64,000 nt of DNA from Phoronis australis (Eukaryota > Animalia > Phoronida): positions 397,312 through 461,311 of the forward strand of contig NMRA01000336.1 of the NCBI GenBank assembly GCA_002633005.1, written 5' to 3'. This document shows positions 36,787 through 49,505 of this stretch, piece after piece. Each line of letters opens with the position of its first letter. Within the stretch, counting starts at the first letter, position 1. The position numbers and the translations under genes are program-made. The notes beneath the pieces were generated by a model. The model saw nothing but the letters and a program-made list of their open reading frames with translations, had not been told where the DNA came from and ran no database searches.

Positions 36787-39700
36787 TTAGTAACTAAGTT
36801 CGTAGCTGTGGTCAGTAGCACTAATAGACGCTATGTTTTCCATACTGTAAACAGATTTGTCAAACAGTTTTGTGTTGGCCATCCTCTCCCTTAGGTAGTA
36901 CCTGGCCTTTTTGTATTGTTGGCTGGACTTTCGTGCGGCATAGCGCTTTCTGGAGTCCACATTTCTCAACATTTTTTTCATGGCACTGTTTTCAGGCACG
37001 GTTAGTCCTGATGCCTCGGCCAGCTTCACCGGTGGATTTCCCTTGTCCCAGGGTTCTGGAATGTATGGTTGAATGGCACAGCCCCGTGAAGTTCCGTGTG
37101 TATCGTGATGTTTTTGGTGCATGTGCATAAACTGCTGCACTCAAACTTTCACTGATGTTCGTGTTGAACAGATTATAGTGCATATCTGTTAGCTGTTCCT
37201 CTGGTTGAAGTAGGAGTTGATTTTTGTTTGAATCGTTTTCAAGTCCTTTTCACTCAGTTCTAGATGCCGGTCATAAGGCAAATGGCTTGTTGTATAGTTG
37301 CTATGATGTGCAATGCACACAGACGACAGCTCGCGACATTGCTGGTGCTGTCCTGAAAAACAGCTAGTAACATTGTTCACCGCAGCAGCTCCAACTTTCA
37401 AAAATTCATCTCTTCCGATTTTTGTGTTTTTTAGGTTGATGAGTTGCACTCTGGCTCGCACAGCAGGTGAAAGTTTCCTCTTTTAACAAGTCTTGTTATG
37501 TGACCTGGGCAAACTTTTCAAGTCCGCTTCGTTTACACTTTTTCCCATTCGCCTCAGTGACTGTGAATGAAGCATTTGTAGTGTTTAGGTTTTTTTCTTT
37601 TGGCACTGTAGAAATCACGGATGGCCTTCGCTTCTTGGCTACTGGCATCGGTCGTAATGCTCCTGATATTCAGGTCCACACCACTGTTTTCCACTGATCT
37701 GAGGCTGGCTTGTAACAGTGTGCGTTCACTTGATGCAATTGATTTCTCAGCTGGGTTGCTGCAGTGTTCATGCTTGCATCCGTGAATCCTGCTGTGTTTG
37801 TTCGCCGTGGTAAGGGCCAGTGGAAGTTTTCGGGCCGTTGTGTGCTCCACAAGTCCCCTGAAGCTCTGTTTAGCTTTCTCGCAGCCACCCTGTGGCCTAC
37901 TGGAGTAGGAAACGTCAAACTGAAAATCTGCAACCCCTTCACCGCCAGCCAGAGTGGTGACTTTCTTAACGTAGCGCTGGTTCTCAATCATTTGTTCTTC
38001 GTTCAATTGAGTTACTGTTTGGCTCATGGCATTCATTTTATTCTGCAGGCTGCGATTGAATGGTTAGGCACAATATTCATGCAGGTCAGAATGTTGATTA
38101 CATCCTCGATTCCCACTTTTGACTTTAGCACAGGCAGTACAACCTGGCTGTTCAAGGATACTTTTGGTGGCCCAGTCGTCTGCTGCTTGACCTCATCCGA
38201 CAGTGGCACAGTGGGCGATTTATATTTGCAAACTCTGCAATGCAATGATGCGTAGACACATAGTCCCAGTCTTTTTTCAACAGCCCTTACGAAAAAGAAA
38301 GTGAGAATCTCACTGGATTCCAGTTAGATTCTAGTTAGATTTTCACTAAATCACCAATTATAGTTAGAAATGCCACTGAGAACCCAGTGGGAATTGAACA
38401 ACAGGGGCAGTCAGTGAGAATGAGTGAGAAAATGTTATGTAACAGTGAGAATCCAGTGAGAATTTTGGTCTTAGAAAAATTCTGAGTGAGAATCAGTGAG
38501 AATTTCAGACTTAGAAAAAATCTGAGTGAGAATTGAGTGACTTGCCAAAATTGGAGTGAGAATTCAGTGAGAATTTAAGATAAACAAACACCCTGATTGG
38601 TTGTAACTGTGGAAAATTTCAGTTGAACCAGATTTCTAAATTTCAAACTAAAATGGCGCCAGGAATGAGCAGTTGGAGAAATAGCTTGAAGATTGTTGAT
38701 GTTTTTCTCACAAATATTGTGAAATTACTGAACAGTTTGTCTGTACGTCAACTAGAGGGGACCCTGGACTGATTTTATGTGTTAACATGCTTAAGGTTAG
38801 TACATTTCATACATCTAGTAGAGTGCATGAAGCACGAGTATTAGACTGATGTCTTCATTCTGTGTTGACAGCTGAGTTTTCAATATTTTGCTGATTCACC
38901 AAAGGCATTATTGTTGTTAGTTTATGTCTTTTATGTTTCACAATTTGCAATTAAATTGTATCCTTAGTCTAATTTCAATATAAACTCACAAAGTAAGCAG
39001 TGTTTTGGTTACCAAAAAAGCTTTGATCTCTCATCTATTCAGTCAGTGTCTGTATAAAAGGCACACACAAAATTTTTTAAGTTCAAAATTCTCACCCAGT
39101 GAGATTTTCACTCAGTGAGAATTTCAATAACACAAATTCTCACTAATTTGCATAGCATTCCTACTGAGTGAGAATTTCAGTAAGACAAATTCTCACTGAG
39201 TGGGAATGCTATGCAAATTAGTTAGATTCTCACTGAATTCTAACTGGAATATCACTGTATTCTAACTACAGTGAGAATTTATTTCTCACTAATTTAAATG
39301 GCATCTTAATTAGTTAGATTCTCACTGGAATCTAACTGAAATCCAGTGAGATTCTTTCTGGCTTTGGGGATTAGAATTTCCTGAAGCTTTTTCATAAGGG
39401 AGTTATTTTTAGTTTTCCAAATTTGCATGCAACCTGATGCACATGTCCTACCAGGCCTGTTAAGCGACGCACGTTAATGATGATATTCTCATCCAGTCCC
39501 TTGCTGTCACGAATTTTTCTTTCTTTTTCAGTACTTGGCCTAAACCTGTAAGCTGTCGCAGCAGCATCACTGTCAGTTAGGTAGGTGACATCCTCAGCTT
39601 CGAAACATGGGAGACGCACAGCCCTGCAACTGTCTGTTTCTGCCTTACGGGCTGCTTTGGTATGCTGGAGCTGCAGTAGTCCATGTTGGAGGGTCTGTGT
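36787..39700 (-). mobile_element. Decayed Kolobok-related (KolobokP-like / 'Mutator-like' domain) DDE transposase, split by an EnSpm-like insertion
   Basis: Frameshifted pieces join as ..HQVACKFGKLKIT|VEKRLGLCVYASLHCRVCKYKS..SLNSQ..MNI..QLNEEQM..FDVSY..VEHTTARKLPL..NKH..SITTDAS..CFIH..NTNISES..PK..YTRNFTG. The putative triad is D (FDVSY), D (TTD) and E (SES). 5' boundary approximate. Confidence 0.75.
38284..39400. mobile_element. EnSpm/CACTA(CMC)-like non-autonomous element, 2-bp TSD AG, with AGTGAGAA subterminal arrays
   Basis: Termini CCCTTACGAAAAA / TTTTTCATAAGGG. AG at 38282-38283 and 39401-39402. Inner 28-bp inverted repeat. Removing it restores the transposase frame (KIT-VEK). Confidence 0.85.
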
Positions 39701-42700
39701 CCTTTTTTAAATTGGCTTTTTCCATGCTATAAACACTTTCAATAAATAAGATTGGTCCTATTACCCAATGGTCAAGGTAAACGGTGGGGTTTGGAAAATT
39801 GAACGAGACCGTTTTTATCCACCTTGGCTAAGTCTCGCTCGGCTCACGATCAAAGGGTCATGCCACCAAGCTGCTCTATTCATTGAGTCACGAGCGAGGA
39901 TAATTGGCTTCGCTCATGCGGATATGATCAGCTGATTACAGTCTAGCCTAACAACTGTTCTTTTTATGGAGAGAGTTTTACGTAGTTTTTACTGTAATAT
40001 TTGAAAAGAGGAGCGAAAACAAATATGAATACAACTTTGAATATTTCAAATCGGCCAAGGATAAGAGATTTTGCAACACAGCAACACTCACGATTACTTT
40101 CATTCGGCGCGCACGAATACAAAAATATGGGACCCAAGTTATTTAGATTTTGGAACACGTGCATTGCAATATTCAAAATATGTTTATTATGAATCTTACA
40201 CGCTGTAAAACGACGTTGTTTAATTTCATTGTGCTCATTCATTGTCATCCATCAAATCGGCAATTTCCGAGATGTGATCTGCGGCGTGCGCGTATGTGTA
40301 CAAAAGACGTGATTGTTATGTTGCTAAAGTACGAAAATTAAGAAACTTTAGCATGCCGTTATTATTGACAGGGACACGATAAAACGATTTTGGATTTTGA
40401 CTATGGAGGATAGTGTGAATACTGATGACACTGGTCACATTTAGATATAGACTTCAGTGATTATGGATATGATATTGTGGATACTGATGGCACTGAGTGG
40501 TAAGGTTTAGATACAGATTTCAGTGATCTAGATTATAATGAGGATATGCCACACGGAAAACTTTCCTGACATGTTTTCTGGAAATTTAAATGGATTATTT
40601 GTAAACAATCATCTTTGTTTCTCACCCTGGAAAACAAAAACTAAAACTGCTTGTTCAACCCTTTATCAGTATTAAACTTGGATAAATTTTATATCAATAT
40701 AATGCTCATTTACTCAAGATGTATTGTTGAAATTTGGTAAGTTTATGTTTATTCATGACTTAGTAACAAGGTTTTAATTAAGTGCAGTGCTTGTGACCTA
40801 GTTCTGAGTGAAATACCCTCGGACTTCAAGGGGGTAGACATTCCACAGCTCAGCCAGGCCACTAAGCAATTTATGCCATATGGCGCTCAGGGTTAAATGA
40901 GTTAAAATTAGTTAGTTGAATTCCACCCAGTGAGCAAAGGGAATTTATATTATATAGTTGATAAGTTCACCACCAAGTGAAAAAGCTAAGAAGCAAAGTA
41001 AAAAGCGAACTGTAAAACATGCTCTTTGAATGAATATTAGGTCATTTGGAGGGCTTGATTTCCTTGCAGTTATATTCGTCATATCATTTTCGCACACAAA
41101 TTTCTTCATGTGATTGTTATTTAGATGTGCAGGTCCCTTTGCTATGCTATGCAACTGTGATAGATATTACACAAAATCCATACAAACTTCCAACCCTGTT
41201 TGGATTCAGATTCAGTTTACTGACTGCGTGACTAGTTGGGAATTGTTATAGTTGTTATTGCCCTGAAGCCTAACTGTGATCAAGAACTATGTTCAGGTAG
41301 TGGTTAAAGTTTCATCAATTTCTAATTTTATTTGGCTCTGATGAAATCTTGTCCAAAGTGATGAAGAAAATCTTAAGTATGAATCGTAAATCACTCAGTG
41401 TTACGTAATTGTATAACATAGAGCTTTTTGACCAGAAGACATAATGTTTTTCTAGAATCACTGTAAAATGATAGCAGCTGTACTAAATGCTCCCAGTCAA
41501 GCATCACCCTAATTTGCCTTGTGGAAAATCATAAGTGTGCATCCCCTTAATCCAATCTTCTTTTCAGAAGTCCTCAATTTGTTATCAGTTTTTACGTAAT
41601 GAAGTGAAGTTGTAGTGACCCTTGATCTGCCTCTTGTCACATGGATGTTGCTATTTTTGTCTCGTTCCTTGACAATACAACACAAGGCAGTTACCCAGGC
41701 AACACTACGCATAACTCAAGTGCTGCGAAAAGTATAAATATAAATAAGTTTTACATCTTATTCTGTTACCGCCTTCTTGGTGTGAATCAATGTGTTCACC
41801 AATTAACTCACCTTTGGAATTTGAAAAGTTAATATTTGCTGTTCAAAGTGTCTCTGAAGCTACTGTTTTTATCTTCATTGAAAATTTTGTTTTTGTTTAA
41901 TATTTCCTTAGTTTGTTGTTAAGATTTCTAGCCAATTTTTATAAGTTGATATTCAGTGTCATTTCTTACCCCCTCTGTGTGGAGAACTACCATCAGTGAA
42001 GCATTCAGGTGAGATCACTGCTCTCCTTTGTTTCAGGTGGTGTGGGTGGCTCCACCCGGTGGGACTTCCTGCAGGGTGAGGGTACCCTTCAGACACGCCA
42101 GGGTCTGCTGCGCTTGGCCGCTTCAACCAAGGTGTACCGCTGTAAGCTGCACAACCACCTACTGCATCACAAACAGCAGCTGTTGAGTCTGGAACAGGCA
42201 AAGAAAAAATATGTTGCAATGCACAAGAGTGAGTGTGTGAAATGCAGTGAAAGGTCATACATTATCGTTCTTTAAAACTTACAACGGAAGCTGGATATCC
42301 AATAAAGACTAAACTGCCACACATATTATGTAGAAGGCGGAGAGTCATTAAGATGAAAAGAATGATTTTATTACATAATTTTGTTAAGGAACTGTGTTTT
42401 TTGAAGTCGTGTATAATTAGTGCCAGTGTAAATTACTTGGAACTCATAGAAAGTTTTACTTATTATGTTCTGTTTCACTGTTGTGGTGTGTATTACTTTT
42501 CTTGTGCTGTCTTTTTCTGTCTCCAAGGTAGCATAATTGAATTGTAGTCACATTCTAAATTTTGTTGATTTTACAACAAGAATGTAGTTTTATCAGTTTT
42601 GAAAACCACTGTTCTAAAAGGTATACTTTTTCAATTTAGACTCGAAAATGCAAGAGATGGATCTTGTGCAGAAGCTGAACGACGCCAGCAAGAAGGCGGC

Positions 42701-43846
42701 CGAGGCGCTGCTCAGTCAGAATGGCGACCAGGTGTAACCTAAGCAATTGAAACAGCACTCGGCCAAGGTGAGCACTTGTCACATCCTGGTCTTTGAGGTC
42801 ATTAAGGTCATCATTAGCTGCAGCAAAAGAGTGACCAAGAAGAAAATCACTAAAGGTTCCAATAGAATAACTAGATGAAAAGTAATTCAGGCCAAGAGCT
42901 ATCGGGGAGTAAGTCAGTATGGTGTTAGTTTTTAGTTGGTCAAATAATATTCGTTTTTAGTTTTTGTCGTGTCAAACCTTATTATGTGCGACTTGTGTTT
43001 CGTATATTGAAAGCTTTTTAGACGCTTTTATTTTTCTGTGAGGTTTCCCATGCGTTTCACTTTTAAGTAGTAAAAGTTTCTAAAACTGTTTCACTGTAAG
43101 GGTTGATTGAAAATTTCTGCACTTTGTGCATTAGTTTTCAAAATGAAATGGACAATGTCGAAAGTTTCAGCACACAAAACAATGATTTAATATCCATGAA
43201 ATTTCCGAGTGGAATCCATTTGAATTCTGGCTAAATCTCGCGAAAATCTTAACAAGTGTTGCCTCGTGCACATTTTCGAAACTGCGACAAATTACTGAGT
43301 GTGCATGTCCATTACATTAAACAAGAAAATCTAATTCCGAGGTTTGATATCGTTTGGAAATTCTTTTTCTTTCATCAATCCTAATTTAATGTTGCCCAAC
43401 TTGTTCTCACCACAGTACCTTGAGGATTCGCCACACTGATGGAGATTTACTCTGTAAACTGCCAAAAGATGGCGACGACTCTGCAGCCAGTGCAGGAGAG
43501 CCCCTACCTGATCTGTGCATTGTTCTGCCACGCGTCAAGTGTCTCTCTGTTATTCGTGGACTTGTGGCGCTCGTCCTGACCTTGGGTTTCTCTTTTAATG
43601 CGGATTTTTTCTTGGTGGCTTGCAAGGTAAAGGGAGTGTCATGTAGTTTTCAAATCCGAAATTTTAGCAACGAAAATTCAGTATCTTCCAAAATGTTTAA
43701 TGACGTATCTTCTTGTCAAAAATAGGCAGAAATTCGGAGAAGAAACATAGGCTAATGTTGTGCTATATTTTTGCCGTTTTTTTCTGGGCTTTTTACCATA
43801 AATTCGGCAATGAAACTCCTGAACTTTTTAAAATAATTCAGAAACT

Positions 43847-43847
<1 letters not shown>

Positions 43848-43894
<47 letters not shown>
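43848..43894. repeat. (TAT)n microsatellite
   Basis: About 15 perfect TAT units. Confidence 0.98.
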
Positions 43895-43898
<4 letters not shown>

Positions 43899-44661
43899 AG
43901 TTACTTATACTTCATTATCACCATTGATAGTATATTTATTACGACCATAGTTACTTGTGCTTGATATGGTGTTTAAGCTAGCAGATATACAATGTAGAAA
44001 GTCTTGTTCATGAAGTGCTGCTTGGTAACGTTACTACAGAACTATAACAGTGGTTTATAATACGTTGTTGCTACATGCCTGATCCACTGTGTTCAGTCAT
44101 CATGTGTTCTCTCGTCACATGTCATTATTCATGTAGAAGTTGCCATTAAGCTAGGCGCTGTTTGCCTTAGGAAGGAACACTCTGTTAAAGTATTGGTCTA
44201 TTTAGATGAAGCACTGTCTCATTGTTGTTTCAAGGTGATTGCCAAGATCACAACAGCCACTCGGGCAGCCATCAGTCTGTCAGAGGCTGACACAGGGGCA
44301 GTTAGAGAAGCTTATCCTACTCTGTGCAAATGGGGAGTATAACCATGGGAACATTAGCTGGGGCGGTCCTTGGGCAGGGCATGCCATTGTCTGTCATTTG
44401 CAAGATATTCTTGAAGGTAGGTTTGTGTGCAAGAAATACGTTCTTCTGGCGAACGCATTATCAAAGTTCCTCACCCATAAACATGACTCACTCAGTTTAC
44501 TGTCTCATAGTCTGGTTCCTAGACTCACAAACACAGTGCACGGAGTTCCTGTCTGTGAGCCAGCAGCTGTATTTTTGGCTACGTCAGCAGTGTCTTGTGA
44601 GTCCGGCACAGTGTTTGAGTCATACCAGTGTATCGGTGAACTGTGTTTGCCGAGTAAATGG

Positions 44662-45434
44662 TGTCACGTTTTTCCCCGTGTGTGGGTGGGCGCAGGTTGT
44701 TACAGACCGGTGCTAATAGCTTTCGGTGTGAAGGTTGACTGAAGACTGGTTCGAGTTAATCCTTTATTAATCCCGACCGTACGTTCACAAGCCTACTCAA
44801 ACAAAACGTCCGACGTAATGTCTGTTTATATGCTCCAGCCAGTGCTGCGAAGCCTTGACTTGTATTGAACTTCTGAGATATTTCCAGCAACTGTTACACT
44901 CGTTGATTCAATAACCTGCTGTCTCTATAGCTGGCTCTCTATTGACTATCGCTGTAACTGCTGATTCTCTTCACTGCAACTCAACTGTAGTTCTCCTGAT
45001 AAACTTTCTTGAACTTACTTGATCTCACTTGATCTCCCGACTTGATCTTCTCTTGAACTCAACTCACTTAATCTCCTTGGACTCAAGTGACTTAATCTTC
45101 TTGGACTCAAGTGACTTAATCTTCTTGGACTCAAGTCCCTAACACAAACCCGTGCTTGTGTATTTATAGCTTAATGCATTGTTCTAGAACTTTTCATCAA
45201 TTCAAGCACATACCAGAACTTTCTGGAACCTACCCAATCATTCTACAAACATGTACTAGTCTCTAGAATATTGCAGACTGCATTAATCACTGTCATGCTA
45301 GAGTCTTCTAGAAAGTTCCACACTACTGCAGTAAACAAATTACATCATAACTGTACTTAACTCAGGGGTCATGCCAATCAAACAGAATAACAAATCAATA
45401 CAAACTAAAAATACTGTCAAACTATATTCTGACA
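44662..45434 (-). mobile_element. Solo LTR with a 5-bp TSD (AATGG)
   Basis: TGTCA...TGACA termini. AATGG at 44657-44661 and 45435-45439. Inverted homolog of 61022-61739. Confidence 0.88.
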
Positions 45435-47153
45435 AATGGGTCAGGCTTTAGTGTTGCTTTCACATCTTGCTGTTGCTGAGTGATAATGGTGGAATGCTAT
45501 AGACATATTTTATATTTTTTACATGATGAAAGTGTCATGCAATATGCGACGGATGGAGAAACTTTTTATTGAAAACTTTTTGGGTGCTTCAGGTGAAAAG
45601 CTGTATCCACCTACAACCGTGAATGAGGTCGTCACCAACTATGAAACCTCCAACCTAGCTCTCGCAGAGTAAAGAGTTCCAGAACCAAGAGAGTCCTTCG
45701 GCAGTGACCATGAGTACCAGCCAATCATAGTTGTTGAAAAGAGTGCAACTGCTGGCGTTAGTGGTTAGTTATTCACACTTAAGCACCAGTATTCTATGAT
45801 TGATAGGGAAATACTGATGAGGGTTTTACCCTGTACTCTGTTGATATGCATAGATATATTTTGATAGGTCATCATTGTGGAATAAAATACGTCATCCAGT
45901 CACCCACTCTCTGTACTCCTTAAGATTTTGTCTGCTTTTTCTAAGCAACCTTAGTTTAATCTCTGGATCAAGTTTCTCAAATCTGGTATTTGCACTTGAA
46001 TGCTTTAGTTTTTTCTTTCTGTGAAGAATGTTTTACTCTGAATGCATCTCCTTACTTTTGTCATCGCCTGAAACAAAAAAGGGGGAGAAGTACGACAAGG
46101 AGACGTCTCTGTTTACTGACTGGAAGAGTATCACATAGGTTTTAGGGTTTGGCAAGTGCAACCTGTGAGGGAATTGGAAGAATGTTGCACAGATGTGAGA
46201 TGCTCTTTCTGATCGAACATGAATGCAAACGGTGATCGAATTGTTTAATCTATTGTTCTTTGACTATCTTATTTATATCCGTAGATTCCTCATTCTCTTT
46301 GCCTTTCAGTGCCCAGTCAAGGATTATGTTTTGAATTTTTTTTGTTCAACTTCGTTGGCTACTTTCCAGATTTTGACCCATTGAATTCCAACTTTCATAG
46401 AATAAAACTCACTTCAGTTTAACATTACCATCAGACGACTGGATGACAGTGTTGCCAAATACTGAATTAAAGTTGACGTTTTCCGTTTTTCCCGTTATGA
46501 AGAAATTTCTGTTGATCGGGTACTTGTTGCATTGCAATTGATTTAATGCCGTCAAAACTGTCCAACTTCAATGTTTAATTGACTCCAGGCCCGTAGGAAG
46601 GAAAAAATGATTGGGGGAATGGGCACAAACCAATTTGGCTTCGCCAACCTACCCCCTTGCTATCGTCACGCCCCCNCCCCCCCCCGTTTTCTGGATGTCA
46701 CCATATTTGTACAGAACCCCACCCCCACGTCTGCTATAGGTGGGGGTAATACCAGGGATGCAGCCATCAGGATTTGAGTAACCATGAACCAACAAATCAA
46801 CAAAGATTCACGGAGAGTAAGAATGCGTCTATGCCCTGACTGCGCTGACGGGTAGCTGGGAGCTGCATGAAGTAACTATAGCTGGGTGGAAGGTCAAGGT
46901 TCCTTTTATTATGATCCATTTTCGGGAAATCTTCATTTTATTATGGAGATTCTTTGAAGTAATTTTTGGAAAGGTGAGGTCCTGAGGTGCATGGTATGAG
47001 TGCCTTTGTGGCCGTTTCAGAATCCCTTGATGAAACACAGGCGGTAGTCCAGTTTCTGGTTGCTCTGGAAAATGATGCAGAGTGTGTCCCAAAAATGTAC
47101 ACACTTCAACGTCTGGGGTTCAAATTAAGTTCGCGTGGGTAACTGAGATTCTA

Positions 47154-47598
47154 NNNNNNNNNNNNNNNNNNNNNNNNNNNNNNNNNNNNNNNNNNNNNNN
47201 NNNNNNNNNNNNNNNNNNNNNNNNNNNNNNNNNNNNNNNNNNNNNNNNNNNNNNNNNNNNNNNNNNNNNNNNNNNNNNNNNNNNNNNNNNNNNNNNNNNN
47301 NNNNNNNNNNNNNNNNNNNNNNNNNNNNNNNNNNNNNNNNNNNNNNNNNNNNNNNNNNNNNNNNNNNNNNNNNNNNNNNNNNNNNNNNNNNNNNNNNNNN
47401 NNNNNNNNNNNNNNNNNNNNNNNNNNNNNNNNNNNNNNNNNNNNNNNNNNNNNNNNNNNNNNNNNNNNNNNNNNNNNNNNNNNNNNNNNNNNNNNNNNNN
47501 NNNNNNNNNNNNNNNNNNNNNNNNNNNNNNNNNNNNNNNNNNNNNNNNNNNNNNNNNNNNNNNNNNNNNNNNNNNNNNNNNNNNNNNNNNNNNNNNNN
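47154..47598. other. Assembly gap (N run)
   Basis: Seen directly in the sequence. Confidence 1.
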
Positions 47599-49505
47599 GT
47601 GAGATTGTTAATCATTTTAATAATTATTTTAGTAATATTGCCTCACACTCCCTACCTATTCATTCTTCAAGTATCTCACACATGTCTTTTTTAGATCGTG
47701 ACTCCGCTGCTACATGCAGATTTGATTTTGAACCAATCTCTCCAATTGATATTAGAAAAGTGATTAATTCTTTTCCAGCTAAACCTACTTGTGGTCATGA
47801 TGGCATATCTATGAAAATAATAAAATATCTAAATAATCTATTGATTGAACCATTGTGTGTTGTGTTTAACCAGTCCAGTTTCAATCAAATTTTTCCAGAC
47901 AACATGAAAATTGCCAAGGTTATTCCTGTATTTAAAAGAGGGGACCCGTTGTTTTTAGACAATTACAGACCTATCTCTGTTCTTCCTTGCTTTTCTAAGA
48001 TTTTTGAAAAACTTATTTATAATCAACTTTATGAATATTTTCAATCTAATGGCTTGCTACATCCTGCCCAATATGGTTTTCGTGGGGGCACTCAACTGAA
48101 CTGGCTTTAGTTGAAATTATGGATAGAATTGTCAAGGCTATGGAAAATAATAAATTACCCCTGGCCATTCTAATTGATCTTTACAAAGCTTTTGACTCTT
48201 TAAGTCATTCAATTTTGCTTGACAAATTTTTATATTATGGTTGTAACCCCTTGTCTTTAAGTTTTTTGAGAAACTATTTCTCTAATCGGGCTTAGTATGT
48301 TCAAATTAACAACACAAAATCTAACACAGCTCCAATTCTACGAGGTGTGCCACAGGGGTCTATATTAGGTCCGTTATTATTCATCATTTATATGAATGAT
48401 TTTGTGAAGTGCACAAGTTTCTTTGACTGCATACTCTATGCTGATGATACTACTATTATTAATGGTATTCATAGCACGTTGTCTGCATGTTTTGTGCGGA
48501 GATGGAGAAAATTCAGTCTTGGTTAGACGTAAATGAACTGGCTTTAAATGCAACTAAAACAAAATTCATGGTTTTTCATAAACCCCCAAAACGTATTGAT
48601 GATTTTTATTTAAAGTTTAATAATTTGGAAATTGAAAGAGTTCGTTCTTTCAATTTACTTGGTGTTACCATCAGCGAAAACTTGTTATGGAGTCCACACA
48701 TAAACAATTTGTTGAGAAAGATAAGCAGATTCTGTGGTGTTCTTAATAATATAAAACATTTCTTGCCCTTTGAAACTTTGAAAACTATATATAATGGCCT
48801 TGTCCTTCCTCATTTTAATTATGGCATTCTGCTGTGGGGGTGTGAACATCATAGAATATTTAAATTACAGAAAAAGGTTATTCGCAATATTACCTCTAGT
48901 CATTTTAATGCCCATACAGATCCTTTATTTAAAACTACACAGTTATTCAAAATAAAGGACTTGTATGTTGTTGCAATTATTAAATTTTGCTACAAATATG
49001 TTCATAATTACTTACCTTCATTTTTTAACACGTTCAATTTAATAACTCGTGGGTGTGTTCATGAACATTACACTAGGCAACGACATCTTTTACATACTCC
49101 CCGTTGTACTAAATCATTTGTTGAAGATTCAGTTCAAAATGCCCTACCTCATATCATTAATAACCTTCCTGAAAGTGTCTCCCAAAAACTTTTTACCCAT
49201 TCGTTATCCTCTGTTATAAATTATTTTAAGAATGTTTGTTTTGAAAATTATGAACTTGAGTGCACTATTCCTAACTGCTTTGTATGTAACTATTTTCGAT
49301 AATCTCTCCCAGTCTTTACACAAGTAGTTTTAAAGTACATCATCACCTAATTTTTATAGTTCTGCTTATCTGTAACGCTGTATTTTTTTTCTTTCTTATT
49401 CTCTGGTGGCTCCGTGGTCAGCGGACCTCTCGGGTCCTTCACGGAGTCTCCATAAGCGTAAATCTTGAATAAAGTGTATTACTACTACTACTACTACTAC
49501 TACTA
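47599..49505 (+). mobile_element. CR1/L2-group (Crack/Daphne-like) LINE 3' half: RT, 3' UTR stem-loop and (TAC)n tail
   Basis: Motifs NYRPISVLPCFSKIFEK, QYGFR, DLYKAFD, GVPQGSILGPLLFIIYMND, LYADD and terminal CTIPNCFVC. A few frameshifts and stops. AATAAA is followed by (TAC)n at 49480-49505. Confidence 0.9.

Noticed and set aside
43713-43964. ORF with a poly-Tyr tract
   Set aside because: It is the translation of an intronic (TAT)n microsatellite.
47082-47615. ORFs spanning the second gap
   Set aside because: N-run artefact; only the part after 47599 is real LINE RT sequence.
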